From the sequence record JN984867: 44,077 nt of DNA, one strand, 5' to 3'. This stretch comes from Shigella phage EP23. The notes under the pieces were generated by a model that saw nothing but the letters and a program-made list of their open reading frames with translations, searched no databases and was not told the DNA's origin. The position numbers and the translations under genes were made by a program. Below are positions 8,542 through 16,512 of this stretch, one piece after another (positions within the stretch are counted from its first letter, which is position 1; each line of letters opens with the position of its first letter).

Positions 8542-9042
8542 ATGTATGGCGACCCGCAAACCTTTGTTGATTATGCCGCAACGCGAGGCGTTGAAGTCAC
8601 GCTGGGCGATGCAACGCGACACCTCACCGTCGTTAATGACTTCCTTAACGGCATCAACTGGATCGGCGAACCCGCAGACCAGACCGGCATCGACGCATGG
8701 CCCCGCCTTAATTACCAGTCGGACGGTAAGCCGGTGCGAGACACGCTCACTGAAGTTTTGGCAGTAGTGCCTGCAGGGCAAATCGTAGACTTCGCATCAA
8801 TCCCCGTTGCCGTTGAGCAAGCCGTTTACAGGTTGGCGATGTTGGTGGCGGACGAGGTTGATATTTCTCCTGTGGGTAGCGGTAAGGAGACTATCCGCGA
8901 AACTGTTGGCCCGATCACGATGGAATATGACCCCGCGACGATTGGTAGCGGTGTCTCGTTCCCGTGGTGGGATGGCTTGCTGGGCCACTGGATTGATTCA
9001 GACGGCAACGCAGCGGGTAATTTTGACGTATTCCGGGGGTGA
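8542..9042 (+). CDS. head-tail connector / adaptor protein
   Basis: 166 aa, first gene after the capsid terminator. Start trimmed to the ATG at 8542 behind GGAG. Function inferred from position only. Confidence 0.45.
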   Translation: MYGDPQTFVDYAATRGVEVTLGDATRHLTVVNDFLNGINWIGEPADQTGIDAWPRLNYQSDGKPVRDTLTEVLAVVPAGQIVDFASIPVAVEQAVYRLAMLVADEVDISPVGSGKETIRETVGPITMEYDPATIGSGVSFPWWDGLLGHWIDSDGNAAGNFDVFRG

Positions 9043-9043
9043 T

Positions 9044-9160
9044 ATGAATCCTGCATTACTGGCGGCTATTATCGCCGCAAATACTAAACGCCAACCAGAA
9101 CCGGAACCAGCGCCAGAACCGGAACCACCGGTACAGGAGGATGATAATGGCGGGCTTTAA
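9044..9160 (+). CDS. small Pro/Glu-rich protein (38 aa; not in ORF track as a separate gene)
   Basis: ATG lies 1 nt after the upstream stop. Sequence MNPALLAAIIAANTKRQPEPEPAPEPEPPVQEDDNGGL. Overlaps the next gene's start. Confidence 0.35.
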   Translation: MNPALLAAIIAANTKRQPEPEPAPEPEPPVQEDDNGGL

Positions 9161-9500
9161 TTACTCGGGCTTAAAGCGGAAAGTTAATCCGTTGATTAAA
9201 AAGTTTGGCATGACGGCTACGGTGACGCGCCCCGGTACAGTCGACCGCGTAGACGGCGACGAAGTGGTCATCCCTCCGACCTCGTTTAACGTCATCGGAC
9301 TTCGCGAGGAGTACAAGCCAAGCGAGATCGACGGGACGCGTATCGTTGCCGGGGATGTGAAGTTTTTGTGTCAGGCCGTCAAGCAGGTGAAGGTCGGGGA
9401 TTTGGTTAGCCTGAACAATACAGACTACAGGGTTATCAATCCCAACCCCCTGCAACCGGCGGGCCAGACCATGCTGTTTCAACTACAGCTAAGGGGCTAA
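9141..9500 (+). CDS. head closure / head-tail joining protein
   Basis: About 117 aa. SD GGAGGA precedes the ATG at 9147, which is the likely true start. Function inferred from position in the neck module. Confidence 0.45.
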   Translation: MIMAGFNYSGLKRKVNPLIKKFGMTATVTRPGTVDRVDGDEVVIPPTSFNVIGLREEYKPSEIDGTRIVAGDVKFLCQAVKQVKVGDLVSLNNTDYRVINPNPLQPAGQTMLFQLQLRG

Positions 9501-9501
9501 C

Positions 9502-10095
9502 GTGGCTGAAGTCTACTCATTCGCCGCCACTATTGCTACATGGGTGGATAAGACGAAGGAGAACAACGATAAGGCGGTGCGGGCGTACGGGATGCAAATA
9601 CTCGGACGCCTTATTGAGATCTCCCCGGTGGGCGACCCTCGCCGGTGGAAGATTAACAAGGCTTATGCAATGGCCCGCCAGCACGCGAACAAGGTTAACG
9701 CCGCACAGCGTCGCAAGAATGGCGGCAAACTGAAGCGCGGGCAGAAGAAGCACGCCAGTGTGCTGGTATCATTCAAGACTAAAAACGGCAACGTCACGTT
9801 CCGCCAGCGCGGCTGGGCCGCGAAGAACTACACCGGGGGGCGCTTCCGGGGTAACTGGCAGGTGACATTTGATCGACCAGCTGTCGGTGCTATTGACCGC
9901 GTTGACAAGGCCGGAACGGCAACATTAGCCGCTGGGCGTGAAGTGCTGGCGCATTACGATTCGAGTGAATACGGGTCGATCTGGTTTACTAACAACGTGC
10001 CATACGCGCAGCGACTTGAGTATGGCTGGAGTAAACAAGCGCCCGCGGGGATTGTTCGCGTCGTAGCGGCAGAAATTAATTCGAAGGTGAAATAA
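9502..10095 (+). CDS. neck / tail completion protein (HK97 gp10-like)
   Basis: 197 aa, GTG start. The C-terminal NNVPYAQRLEYGWSKQAPAG resembles the HK97 gp10 family signature. Confidence 0.55.
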   Translation: MAEVYSFAATIATWVDKTKENNDKAVRAYGMQILGRLIEISPVGDPRRWKINKAYAMARQHANKVNAAQRRKNGGKLKRGQKKHASVLVSFKTKNGNVTFRQRGWAAKNYTGGRFRGNWQVTFDRPAVGAIDRVDKAGTATLAAGREVLAHYDSSEYGSIWFTNNVPYAQRLEYGWSKQAPAGIVRVVAAEINSKVK

Positions 10096-10517
10096 TGAGC
10101 AATACCGCAATCCGCAAAGCGCTTAACAGCGTGGTAGAAGAGTTATCGGTAAGCCTGAGCACTAGCCAGCGCCCGATCCAGGTTAACTGGGAGAACGTGA
10201 GCGGCGACCACGCAAACGGCAGCGGTGTCTACCTGGAGCCGTACCTGCTACCGGCCCCGACCCAGTTTGTGGGCTTCCAGCAGAAGGGCCGGATCTATGC
10301 TGGCGTATATCAGGTTGCCGTAGTGTTTCCCGCGGGCACGGGTACACAGTATGCGAGCGAACTGGCGGACGCCATCGCGACGTCGGATAAATGGCAGGCC
10401 GTAAGGATTTCCGGAGCGGCCTTCCAGCTTCAGGACTCGCCTTATACCAGTTCAGTGGTTGAGGACGTTGATCGCGCCCGCATCGTGGTTACAGTCCCCT
10501 ACACCTGTTGCGCCTGA
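10095..10517 (+). CDS. tail terminator-like protein
   Basis: 140 aa, ATGA-type overlap with the upstream gene, immediately before the major tail gene. Confidence 0.45.
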   Translation: MSNTAIRKALNSVVEELSVSLSTSQRPIQVNWENVSGDHANGSGVYLEPYLLPAPTQFVGFQQKGRIYAGVYQVAVVFPAGTGTQYASELADAIATSDKWQAVRISGAAFQLQDSPYTSSVVEDVDRARIVVTVPYTCCA

Positions 10518-10518
10518 T

Positions 10519-10547
10519 TTGGCGCTATTCTGCGCGTGCTGTATCAT
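10519..10547 (+). promoter_or_regulatory. weak candidate promoter before the major tail gene
   Basis: TTGGCG-17 nt-TATCAT. Confidence 0.25.
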
Positions 10548-10578
10548 TGAACCGTATATCTAAACAGGAGCGTTCATT

Positions 10579-11304
10579 ATGGGTTATCAACTTCCTAACG
10601 GGTCCAGCGTCCAGATTGGGTCCGTACTTGGCACCGGCATCGCTGTTACAGCAGCTACCAACGCCGCCGCGTCGATCTCTGATCTTACGAAAGGTTGCGT
10701 TATCACCTGCGCGGCTTCTCATGGCCTGCAAGTTGGTGACGTGGTTATGTTCACTAAAACCCCGTGGGTCCGTGCGCTGAACCGCGCGTTTATCGTAGGT
10801 AAAGTAGCCGAGAACGCCGTTACGCTGGCGCGCTTCGACACCTCGGACGTCACCAAATATCCTGCCGGTGCTTTTGGGGCGGGAACCCCAGGCGAAGTGG
10901 TGAAAGTGTCGAATTTTATCGACTTCCCGTTTATCACTAACGTTGCCGTGTCGGGTGGTGACCAGCAGACCACTACCTTCCAGCCGTTGCAGGTGAATAC
11001 CGCGATCAGTCTGAACACCACGAAAAACCCGTTGGTACAGACCTACACTTTCACCCACGACGAAGAAGACCCGATCCGCCCGATTCTGGAAGACCTGGAC
11101 GACACACAGAAAACCACTGTGATTAAGTTCACTAACCCGGCAGCGGCAAGCGGCAAAGGTGAAATCCGTATTTACCCGGCTAAGGTGTCTTTCCGCAAGA
11201 TTCCGTCGGCTGAAGTAAACAACGTGGAGACGGTGGAGTCCACCCTCACTATGCAATCCGATATGGTTATTTACCGTAAGGACCTGGTTGAAGCGCGGTC
11301 GTGA
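10579..11304 (+). CDS. major tail (tube) protein
   Basis: 241 aa, SD AGGAG. Followed by a strong terminator and then the chaperone G/GT pair, which is the canonical order. Confidence 0.7.
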   Translation: MGYQLPNGSSVQIGSVLGTGIAVTAATNAAASISDLTKGCVITCAASHGLQVGDVVMFTKTPWVRALNRAFIVGKVAENAVTLARFDTSDVTKYPAGAFGAGTPGEVVKVSNFIDFPFITNVAVSGGDQQTTTFQPLQVNTAISLNTTKNPLVQTYTFTHDEEDPIRPILEDLDDTQKTTVIKFTNPAAASGKGEIRIYPAKVSFRKIPSAEVNNVETVESTLTMQSDMVIYRKDLVEARS

Positions 11305-11334
11305 TTTGGTCGCTTAAATAGCGGGTGTTAATAT

Positions 11335-11357
11335 GGGGCCGTACTGGCCCTTTTTTT
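11335..11357 (+). terminator. intrinsic terminator after the major tail gene
   Basis: GGGCC-GTACT-GGCCC followed by TTTTTTT. Confidence 0.8.
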
Positions 11358-11373
11358 ATTGGAGAATACTACA

Positions 11374-11736
11374 ATGGCTAAAGCACCACTCTTTACACTT
11401 GACCCTAAGCCGACTTTTAAGCTGCCGATTGAAATCCCGCGCCCAGGCGAAAACGAACCGGGCAAAATGACGTTTACCGTGCGCCACCGTCCGATCGACG
11501 AGTTTTCGCAGACCATGCAGGATACTGAGCGCAAGTTATCGGAATATGACGACAATGACCCGGACGGCTTTAACGTTATGGTCGAGGCCATCATGCACGT
11601 AGCAGAAGGCTGGAATCTGCCGGACGAATTTAACGCGGAGAACGTCCGCCGCCTGGTGGTCAACTATCCGCGCGCGTTCGGCGTGTTCCACACTTCGTAC
11701 TATCTCGAACTGATGGGATTGCGTGAAAAAAACTAA
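11374..11736 (+). CDS. tail assembly chaperone (gpG-like)
   Basis: 120 aa. The ATG at 11374 lies behind GGAG (the track used an upstream TTG). Ends at the slippery site GAA AAA AAC TAA. Confidence 0.8.
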   Translation: MAKAPLFTLDPKPTFKLPIEIPRPGENEPGKMTFTVRHRPIDEFSQTMQDTERKLSEYDDNDPDGFNVMVEAIMHVAEGWNLPDEFNAENVRRLVVNYPRAFGVFHTSYYLELMGLREKN

Positions 11737-12050
11737 TTGAGGCGGCGCGACGCTTTTATGGCCCGCCGCCACCCTCCGAAGATTTAGCCGCGAGTTTATG
11801 GGGGGCGACCCCGGAAGATGTTTGCCCCCCGGTTGCACTATGGCCCGACAATGCGAAGGTAGTCGCAGTCTTCACAGATTGCTCCACGCAATGGCGCACC
11901 GGATTCGGTGGTGCATACGGCATTGACTACGGCGTACTGGAATGGCTTTTTAAGATGCACGGCATCGAAAACGCGCAGCGTGCGTTTAAAGATATTAAGC
12001 TAATGGAACGCATTGCGCTGGACGAAATGGCGCGGCATAACCCCGCATAG
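11374..12050 (+). CDS. tail assembly chaperone frameshift product (gpGT-like), -1 PRF at 11727-11733
   Basis: I translated the -1 frame from 11733 to the TAG at 12048-12050. It is open for 105 codons and encodes a gpT-like sequence: ...ALWPDNAKVVAVFTDCSTQWRTGFGGAYGIDYGVLEWLFKMHGIENAQRAFKDIKLMERIALDEMARHNPA. Confidence 0.75.
11727..11733 (+). other. slippery heptamer A AAA AAC for the G/GT -1 frameshift
   Basis: An X XXY YYZ pattern in the G frame, 1 codon before the G stop. Confidence 0.7.
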
Positions 12051-12323
12051 CAAATCGGGACAGGCGGGACGTCCCGATTTATCCCGTTCTGTCCCGCACA
12101 TCTAAAAACTGCATATTTACCCACTACGATTGCATAAACTAAAAGCGGGACAGGGGTGCTGTCCCGATCTGTCCCGCCCCTCAAAAGTGAATGGCTATGC
12201 GGTTTTTCTGCATAAAACAAACGGGACAGAAAGCGGGACAGAATGAGGCGGGACAAAGCGGGACAGCACCCCTGTCCCAGTCAGTGCTGCCGCGGGTTTT
12301 GACCGATCGGGACAGGCGGGACA
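12051..12323. repeat. array of GCGGGACA boxes (module 1)
   Basis: GGGAC starts at 12057, 12066, 12147, 12223, 12235, 12250, 12260, 12309 and 12318. GTCCC lies at 12071, 12091, 12161, 12171 and 12274. The 19-bp palindrome GGGACAGCACCCCTGTCCC is at 12260-12278 and its reverse complement at 12147-12165. Confidence 0.85.
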
Positions 12324-12377
12324 ACTCCCAGTCTTTCAGACTAGACGGGGGTCAGCGGCCCCCCTCGTCTGAGACTG
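12308..12377 (+). repeat. 70-bp element, copy 1 (identical to 39263-39332)
   Basis: cgggacaggcgggacaactcccagtctttcagactagacgggggtcagcggcccccctcgtctgagactg. Compared base by base with copy 2: 70/70 identical. Confidence 0.95.
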
Positions 12378-12446
12378 AATAAGGTTTGTTTTAAATTCGC
12401 TGATACAATGACCGACGGCAACTGCATAAAAAAGGGGGACTGCATA

Positions 12447-15089
12447 ATGGCAGATCAGGCAGCGGGCATCACGCTCAAGGCGGACGTCGCGCAAATTAAA
12501 ACGGCTAATACTGTGCTGGACACATTTGCGCAGAAATCCGAGAACACAGAACAGAAAGTAAAGAAATTAAACGACACCCTCGGCAAGTCGAAAAAGGTTA
12601 CTGGCGACGCCGCGGGCGGAATGGAAAAGTTAGCGACTGAATCGCAGCGTGCCGCCGATGGCATGACGAAACAGGAGCGACTCGCCAGCCGATTAGGCAT
12701 GTCGACCAAAAACCTGGGATTCGCATCGCGGAACGCCGCATTCCAGTTACAGGATATTGCGGTGACGCTTGAGATGGGTATGCCGGTGCACCGCGTTATG
12801 CTTCAGCAGTTACCGCAGCTTACTGGGGCGTTTGGCGGACTGGGTAACACGCTGCGATATGTTGCGGGCTTTCTCGGCCCAGTAGGGATCGGCCTTTCAG
12901 CATTAACGGCGACGTTAGGCGTAGGGGTGGCAATTACGACCCGCGCAGAGAACCAGGTGGCGGCGCTTAATAAGACGCTGGCGCTGTCCGGTAATATTTC
13001 AGGCCTCACAGCTAACCAGATCCTTGTGCTGTCCGAGAACGCCGAGCGCATGGGCGGGTCATTTCGCAAGACGCGTGACACAATCCAGGCGCTGGCGGCG
13101 GCGGGTGTGAAAGCGGGTGGTGACTTCGGCGCATTGGCTAAGGTAGTTAATGACTTTGCGAAGGTGTCCAGCCAGCCGATCGAGGATGTGGTAGCGGCGG
13201 TGGCGAAGCTGTCAACAGACCCCGTTGGCGGACTGCGTGCGCTGGCGGATAAGTATCACGTCGTAAACGAAGCGCAGATCCAGCAGGTACAGTCGCTCGT
13301 TGATGCGGGTCGTGAGACAGACGCGGTTGCGTTGGCTAACAAAACAGCCGCTGCGTCGTTCACCAGCATGACCAATGAGATCAAGGCGAACATGGGTACG
13401 CTTGAGCGATCTATGAACGTCGTCACATCGGCAGCCAAATCAATGTGGGACGCCATCCTGGATGTGGGCCGCGCGCAGTCCTCCAATGAGTCCGAGATGA
13501 AAGCGCGCGAATCACTACAGCGCATGACCACGGCTTACTATGCCGAGATGAAAGCGGTAAACGCTGCCGGTGGGGTAATGACTGAAGCGCAGAAAGCACG
13601 TATTAACATGCTTTACAGCGAACTGGTCGCCCAGGAAAAAGTGGTGGCGTCGCTCACCCTGCGTAACCGTGCTGAGCGAGACAACGCCCGCGCCGCAGAC
13701 GAATCCGCAAAGGCGAACGAGGAGGCCAACCGCACCGCCCGCGACCGCGCTGCGTTCGAGAAGGAGTACGCAACTAACGCGAAGAAGCGCGCCGACGAGA
13801 TCGCCCGCCTCAATTTGCTGAATAAGCGCGGCGTTATTGATGAGAAAGAGCTTGCCGAGGCGGTGAAGCAGGTAAACGAGCGTTATAAAGACCCCGCCCC
13901 GAAGAAGGCCGCCGCTGTACGAGTCGATGCCGGTATGAAAATGCTGGAAGTCGCACGGAGCGAACTGGCCCAGCTTCGAGAATCCGGCAAGCAGATCGAA
14001 GCCAACGCGTCTACGCAGACCCGCACGCAACGCGCTCAAGCGGCCTTAAACAAGCTGATCGCCGACAATGAGCAGTTAATCGCGGCGAGCAAAGAAAGGG
14101 CGCTAACGGCAGCAGAGAAGCAGCAGATGGTAGAATTCGGACGCGTGAAGGAAGTGCGCGAGCAGATTGTCGAAGAAGCCAAACTACTGGACGCGAAAGA
14201 GAAGCAGGTTAAGGCGCACGCGCAGATCGACGCCTTCGTTAAGAACCAGAATGCCGAGCTAAAAGCCACCGCGGCGGGCTATGCGCTTTCTACTCGAGAA
14301 GCGGCAAACCTGCGTGAAGAATTGCAGCTAATCGACCGCCTGAAGCGTGTAGGCGCTAACGATACCGATATTGACAAGGCGGTGTCTAAGCTGCGGGAAG
14401 TGCAGGAGGCGCAGACCGGCGCTAACGCCTCGCTATGGGATGGATTCAGTCGCGGGCTTAAGGATAGCGTGGATGAAATGGGTAACGGATATACGCAGAT
14501 GGCGTCGCTCACGAAATTCACGTTCAGCGCTATGCAGGACACAATGAACGAGTTTTTCGAGACGGGCAAGTTGAACGCAAAGGATATGGTTAAATCCATC
14601 CTGAGCGAGTTAATCAAGCTGGCTACCTCGCAGGCGTTCAAGTCTATCGTTAGCGCTTTCGGTGGTGACGGCGGCAAAAACGGATTGTTCGGCGCTATCT
14701 TCTCTGGCCTCACTAAGAATGCGGACGGCGGAGCGTACGCAGGAGGCAATCTCGCGGCCTATTCGGGGAAAGTGGTAAGCCAGCCTACCTTCTTTAGTTA
14801 TGGCGTCCAGGCGTTCGCTAAGGGTGCGGGATTGATGGGCGAGGCTGGACCAGAGGCCATCATGCCACTGAAGCGCGGGCCGGACGGGAAACTGGGCGTT
14901 GCCGCGTCGGGCGCAGGCGGTGGTATGGTCGTGACGACTAACGTTTACACGGGGACTGGTAAAACGGATACCAGTGTCAGCGGGCCGGACCCCCGTACTG
15001 CGCAAGCGTTCGGCAAGCAAATCACCGAGGCGGTGAAGGCCGAGATCGTGAAAGCGACGAAACCGGGTGGTGTACTTTACAAACGATGA
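12447..15089 (+). CDS. tape measure protein
   Basis: 880 aa, long Ala/Gln/Lys-rich helical protein downstream of G/GT. Start trimmed to the ATG at 12447 behind GGGGGA. Confidence 0.9.
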   Translation: MADQAAGITLKADVAQIKTANTVLDTFAQKSENTEQKVKKLNDTLGKSKKVTGDAAGGMEKLATESQRAADGMTKQERLASRLGMSTKNLGFASRNAAFQLQDIAVTLEMGMPVHRVMLQQLPQLTGAFGGLGNTLRYVAGFLGPVGIGLSALTATLGVGVAITTRAENQVAALNKTLALSGNISGLTANQILVLSENAERMGGSFRKTRDTIQALAAAGVKAGGDFGALAKVVNDFAKVSSQPIEDVVAAVAKLSTDPVGGLRALADKYHVVNEAQIQQVQSLVDAGRETDAVALANKTAAASFTSMTNEIKANMGTLERSMNVVTSAAKSMWDAILDVGRAQSSNESEMKARESLQRMTTAYYAEMKAVNAAGGVMTEAQKARINMLYSELVAQEKVVASLTLRNRAERDNARAADESAKANEEANRTARDRAAFEKEYATNAKKRADEIARLNLLNKRGVIDEKELAEAVKQVNERYKDPAPKKAAAVRVDAGMKMLEVARSELAQLRESGKQIEANASTQTRTQRAQAALNKLIADNEQLIAASKERALTAAEKQQMVEFGRVKEVREQIVEEAKLLDAKEKQVKAHAQIDAFVKNQNAELKATAAGYALSTREAANLREELQLIDRLKRVGANDTDIDKAVSKLREVQEAQTGANASLWDGFSRGLKDSVDEMGNGYTQMASLTKFTFSAMQDTMNEFFETGKLNAKDMVKSILSELIKLATSQAFKSIVSAFGGDGGKNGLFGAIFSGLTKNADGGAYAGGNLAAYSGKVVSQPTFFSYGVQAFAKGAGLMGEAGPEAIMPLKRGPDGKLGVAASGAGGGMVVTTNVYTGTGKTDTSVSGPDPRTAQAFGKQITEAVKAEIVKATKPGGVLYKR

Positions 15090-15096
15090 TAAAATG

Positions 15097-15125
15097 GCCC
15101 TCACATCCATCGTGGGGGCTTTTTT
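15097..15125 (+). terminator. intrinsic terminator after the tape measure gene
   Basis: GCCCTCAC-ATCCATC-GTGGGGGC followed by TTTTTT, abutting the next ATG (15126). Confidence 0.55.
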
Positions 15126-15725
15126 ATGTCACAAGGTACAATCACATTAACTAAGGGGAGTAAGACCGTTACGGGCGTGGGGACGGCGTTCCTTAGCGAG
15201 ATCGGGAAGGTACGCGTATTCACCCACATCGACGGCAACGACTACACCGGCAAAATTGCAGCATTCAACTCGAATACGGTCATTACACTGAAAGATAACT
15301 GGGCCGGTCCAACGAAATCCGGTGCGGCGTATGAGCTAATCGAAGCACACGACCCGCGATCAAACGAATGGCCCTATTACTGGCACATGCAATTGCAGGG
15401 CGGTGGCGACGTGCAGTTAGCTTTCCGGTCGGAGGAATTGCAATTCGGTAATGGCTACGGGCAGAACATCGCGGACGGCCCGAACGCCGAAACGAAACAG
15501 TTCCCCGTGCAATTCGTCGGGCTGACTACTGACAAATGGTGCGACCCTAAACTGGTTTACAACTTCCTTCGCGGTCACTTCGTAAAACCGTTTGTCGTCA
15601 CAGCACCGGATGGCGAAACAGGTTTATTCGTTGTCGAGCGTTCGAGCTTGTCGTACACGGACAACGGGCACTACACGGCAACGGTATCAGCCACCCTTAA
15701 AACAGCTATTGGATTCGTGAGATGA
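15126..15725 (+). CDS. minor tail protein (gpM position) with a fibre-like N-terminal domain
   Basis: 199 aa after the tape measure gene. The N-terminus GTITLTKGSKTVTGVGTAF parallels the tail fibre N-terminus GTLSVTNNSKAVVGVGTTF. Confidence 0.6.
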   Translation: MSQGTITLTKGSKTVTGVGTAFLSEIGKVRVFTHIDGNDYTGKIAAFNSNTVITLKDNWAGPTKSGAAYELIEAHDPRSNEWPYYWHMQLQGGGDVQLAFRSEELQFGNGYGQNIADGPNAETKQFPVQFVGLTTDKWCDPKLVYNFLRGHFVKPFVVTAPDGETGLFVVERSSLSYTDNGHYTATVSATLKTAIGFVR

Positions 15726-16510
15726 ATAAACTATATCGTGAGGCGACGCGCTTTGACCCATCGGGTCGCGTTCGCCTGATTCACATTGACGCGCAGGACG
15801 TGGAACCAGGCGACGGTGCGATCGGCGCGGGCCATCACTATTTCCACTATTGCTTTATTCCACACACTGCCGAGGATATTGCTGCCGCCGGTGGGGACGA
15901 GGACAAGCTAAAGCCAAAATCTATCTTCTTCGGCGGGCAGGAGTTCGAATTTTGGCCCTTCGATTTGTCCGGCCTTAACTTCTCCACATCAACGGCAGCA
16001 GAACCGCAGCTAACTATCGTCGATATTGGCGGGGTCATCACCAGGCTATCACTGAATCACGACCAGCTACTGGGCGCGAAGGTTGAAATCATCGACACGT
16101 TCGCGAAGTTCCTGGACAACGGGCCGGATCCAGACCCAACGCAAAAACGTGTCCAGGAGTTTTACATCGACTCACAGGTGGGCCGCAATCCGGGCAAACA
16201 AATCACCTTCGCATTATCCTCGCCCGCGGATATGGAGGGGCAAGTAGTCCCCCGCCGCCAAATCATGAATATGTGCGAGTGGGCGCTCAATGGGAAGTAC
16301 GCCAGCGGGGACGGATGCACCTGGAACCTTGCAAAGCCGGGTATCAAGTATTACGACGAACGCGGTAATGAGGTCATCGCGATGAACATGGACCGATGCG
16401 GCGGCTGTTTGTCAGACTGTTATCTTCGATTTGGGCAAGGGCTTGCGGATCCTAAAGCGGCGGTGCTGGACTTCGGCGGCTTTCCGGGGTCACGATTAAT
16501 TAAGGGGTAG
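15722..16510 (+). CDS. minor tail protein L-like
   Basis: 262 aa. C-terminal cysteine cluster CEWALNG...CTW...CGGCLSDC, typical of gpL. Confidence 0.8.
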   Translation: MNKLYREATRFDPSGRVRLIHIDAQDVEPGDGAIGAGHHYFHYCFIPHTAEDIAAAGGDEDKLKPKSIFFGGQEFEFWPFDLSGLNFSTSTAAEPQLTIVDIGGVITRLSLNHDQLLGAKVEIIDTFAKFLDNGPDPDPTQKRVQEFYIDSQVGRNPGKQITFALSSPADMEGQVVPRRQIMNMCEWALNGKYASGDGCTWNLAKPGIKYYDERGNEVIAMNMDRCGGCLSDCYLRFGQGLADPKAAVLDFGGFPGSRLIKG

Positions 16511-16512
16511 TC

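Noticed and set aside
10525-11256. 243-aa minus-strand ORF antisense to the major tail gene
   Set aside because: Shadow ORF of a clearly coding plus-strand gene. It has no start context or motifs.
12336-12371. GC-rich hairpin of the 70-bp element as a rho-independent terminator
   Set aside because: No U/T tract follows on either strand (downstream TGAGACTG; opposite strand TAGTCTGAAAG).
12051-12377. Possibility that the GCGGGACA arrays are CRISPR arrays or a tRNA/tmRNA-like gene
   Set aside because: The boxes are only about 8 bp with irregular 9-16-bp spacing and mixed orientation. There are no 25-40-bp repeat/spacer units and no cloverleaf with T-loop or anticodon features.
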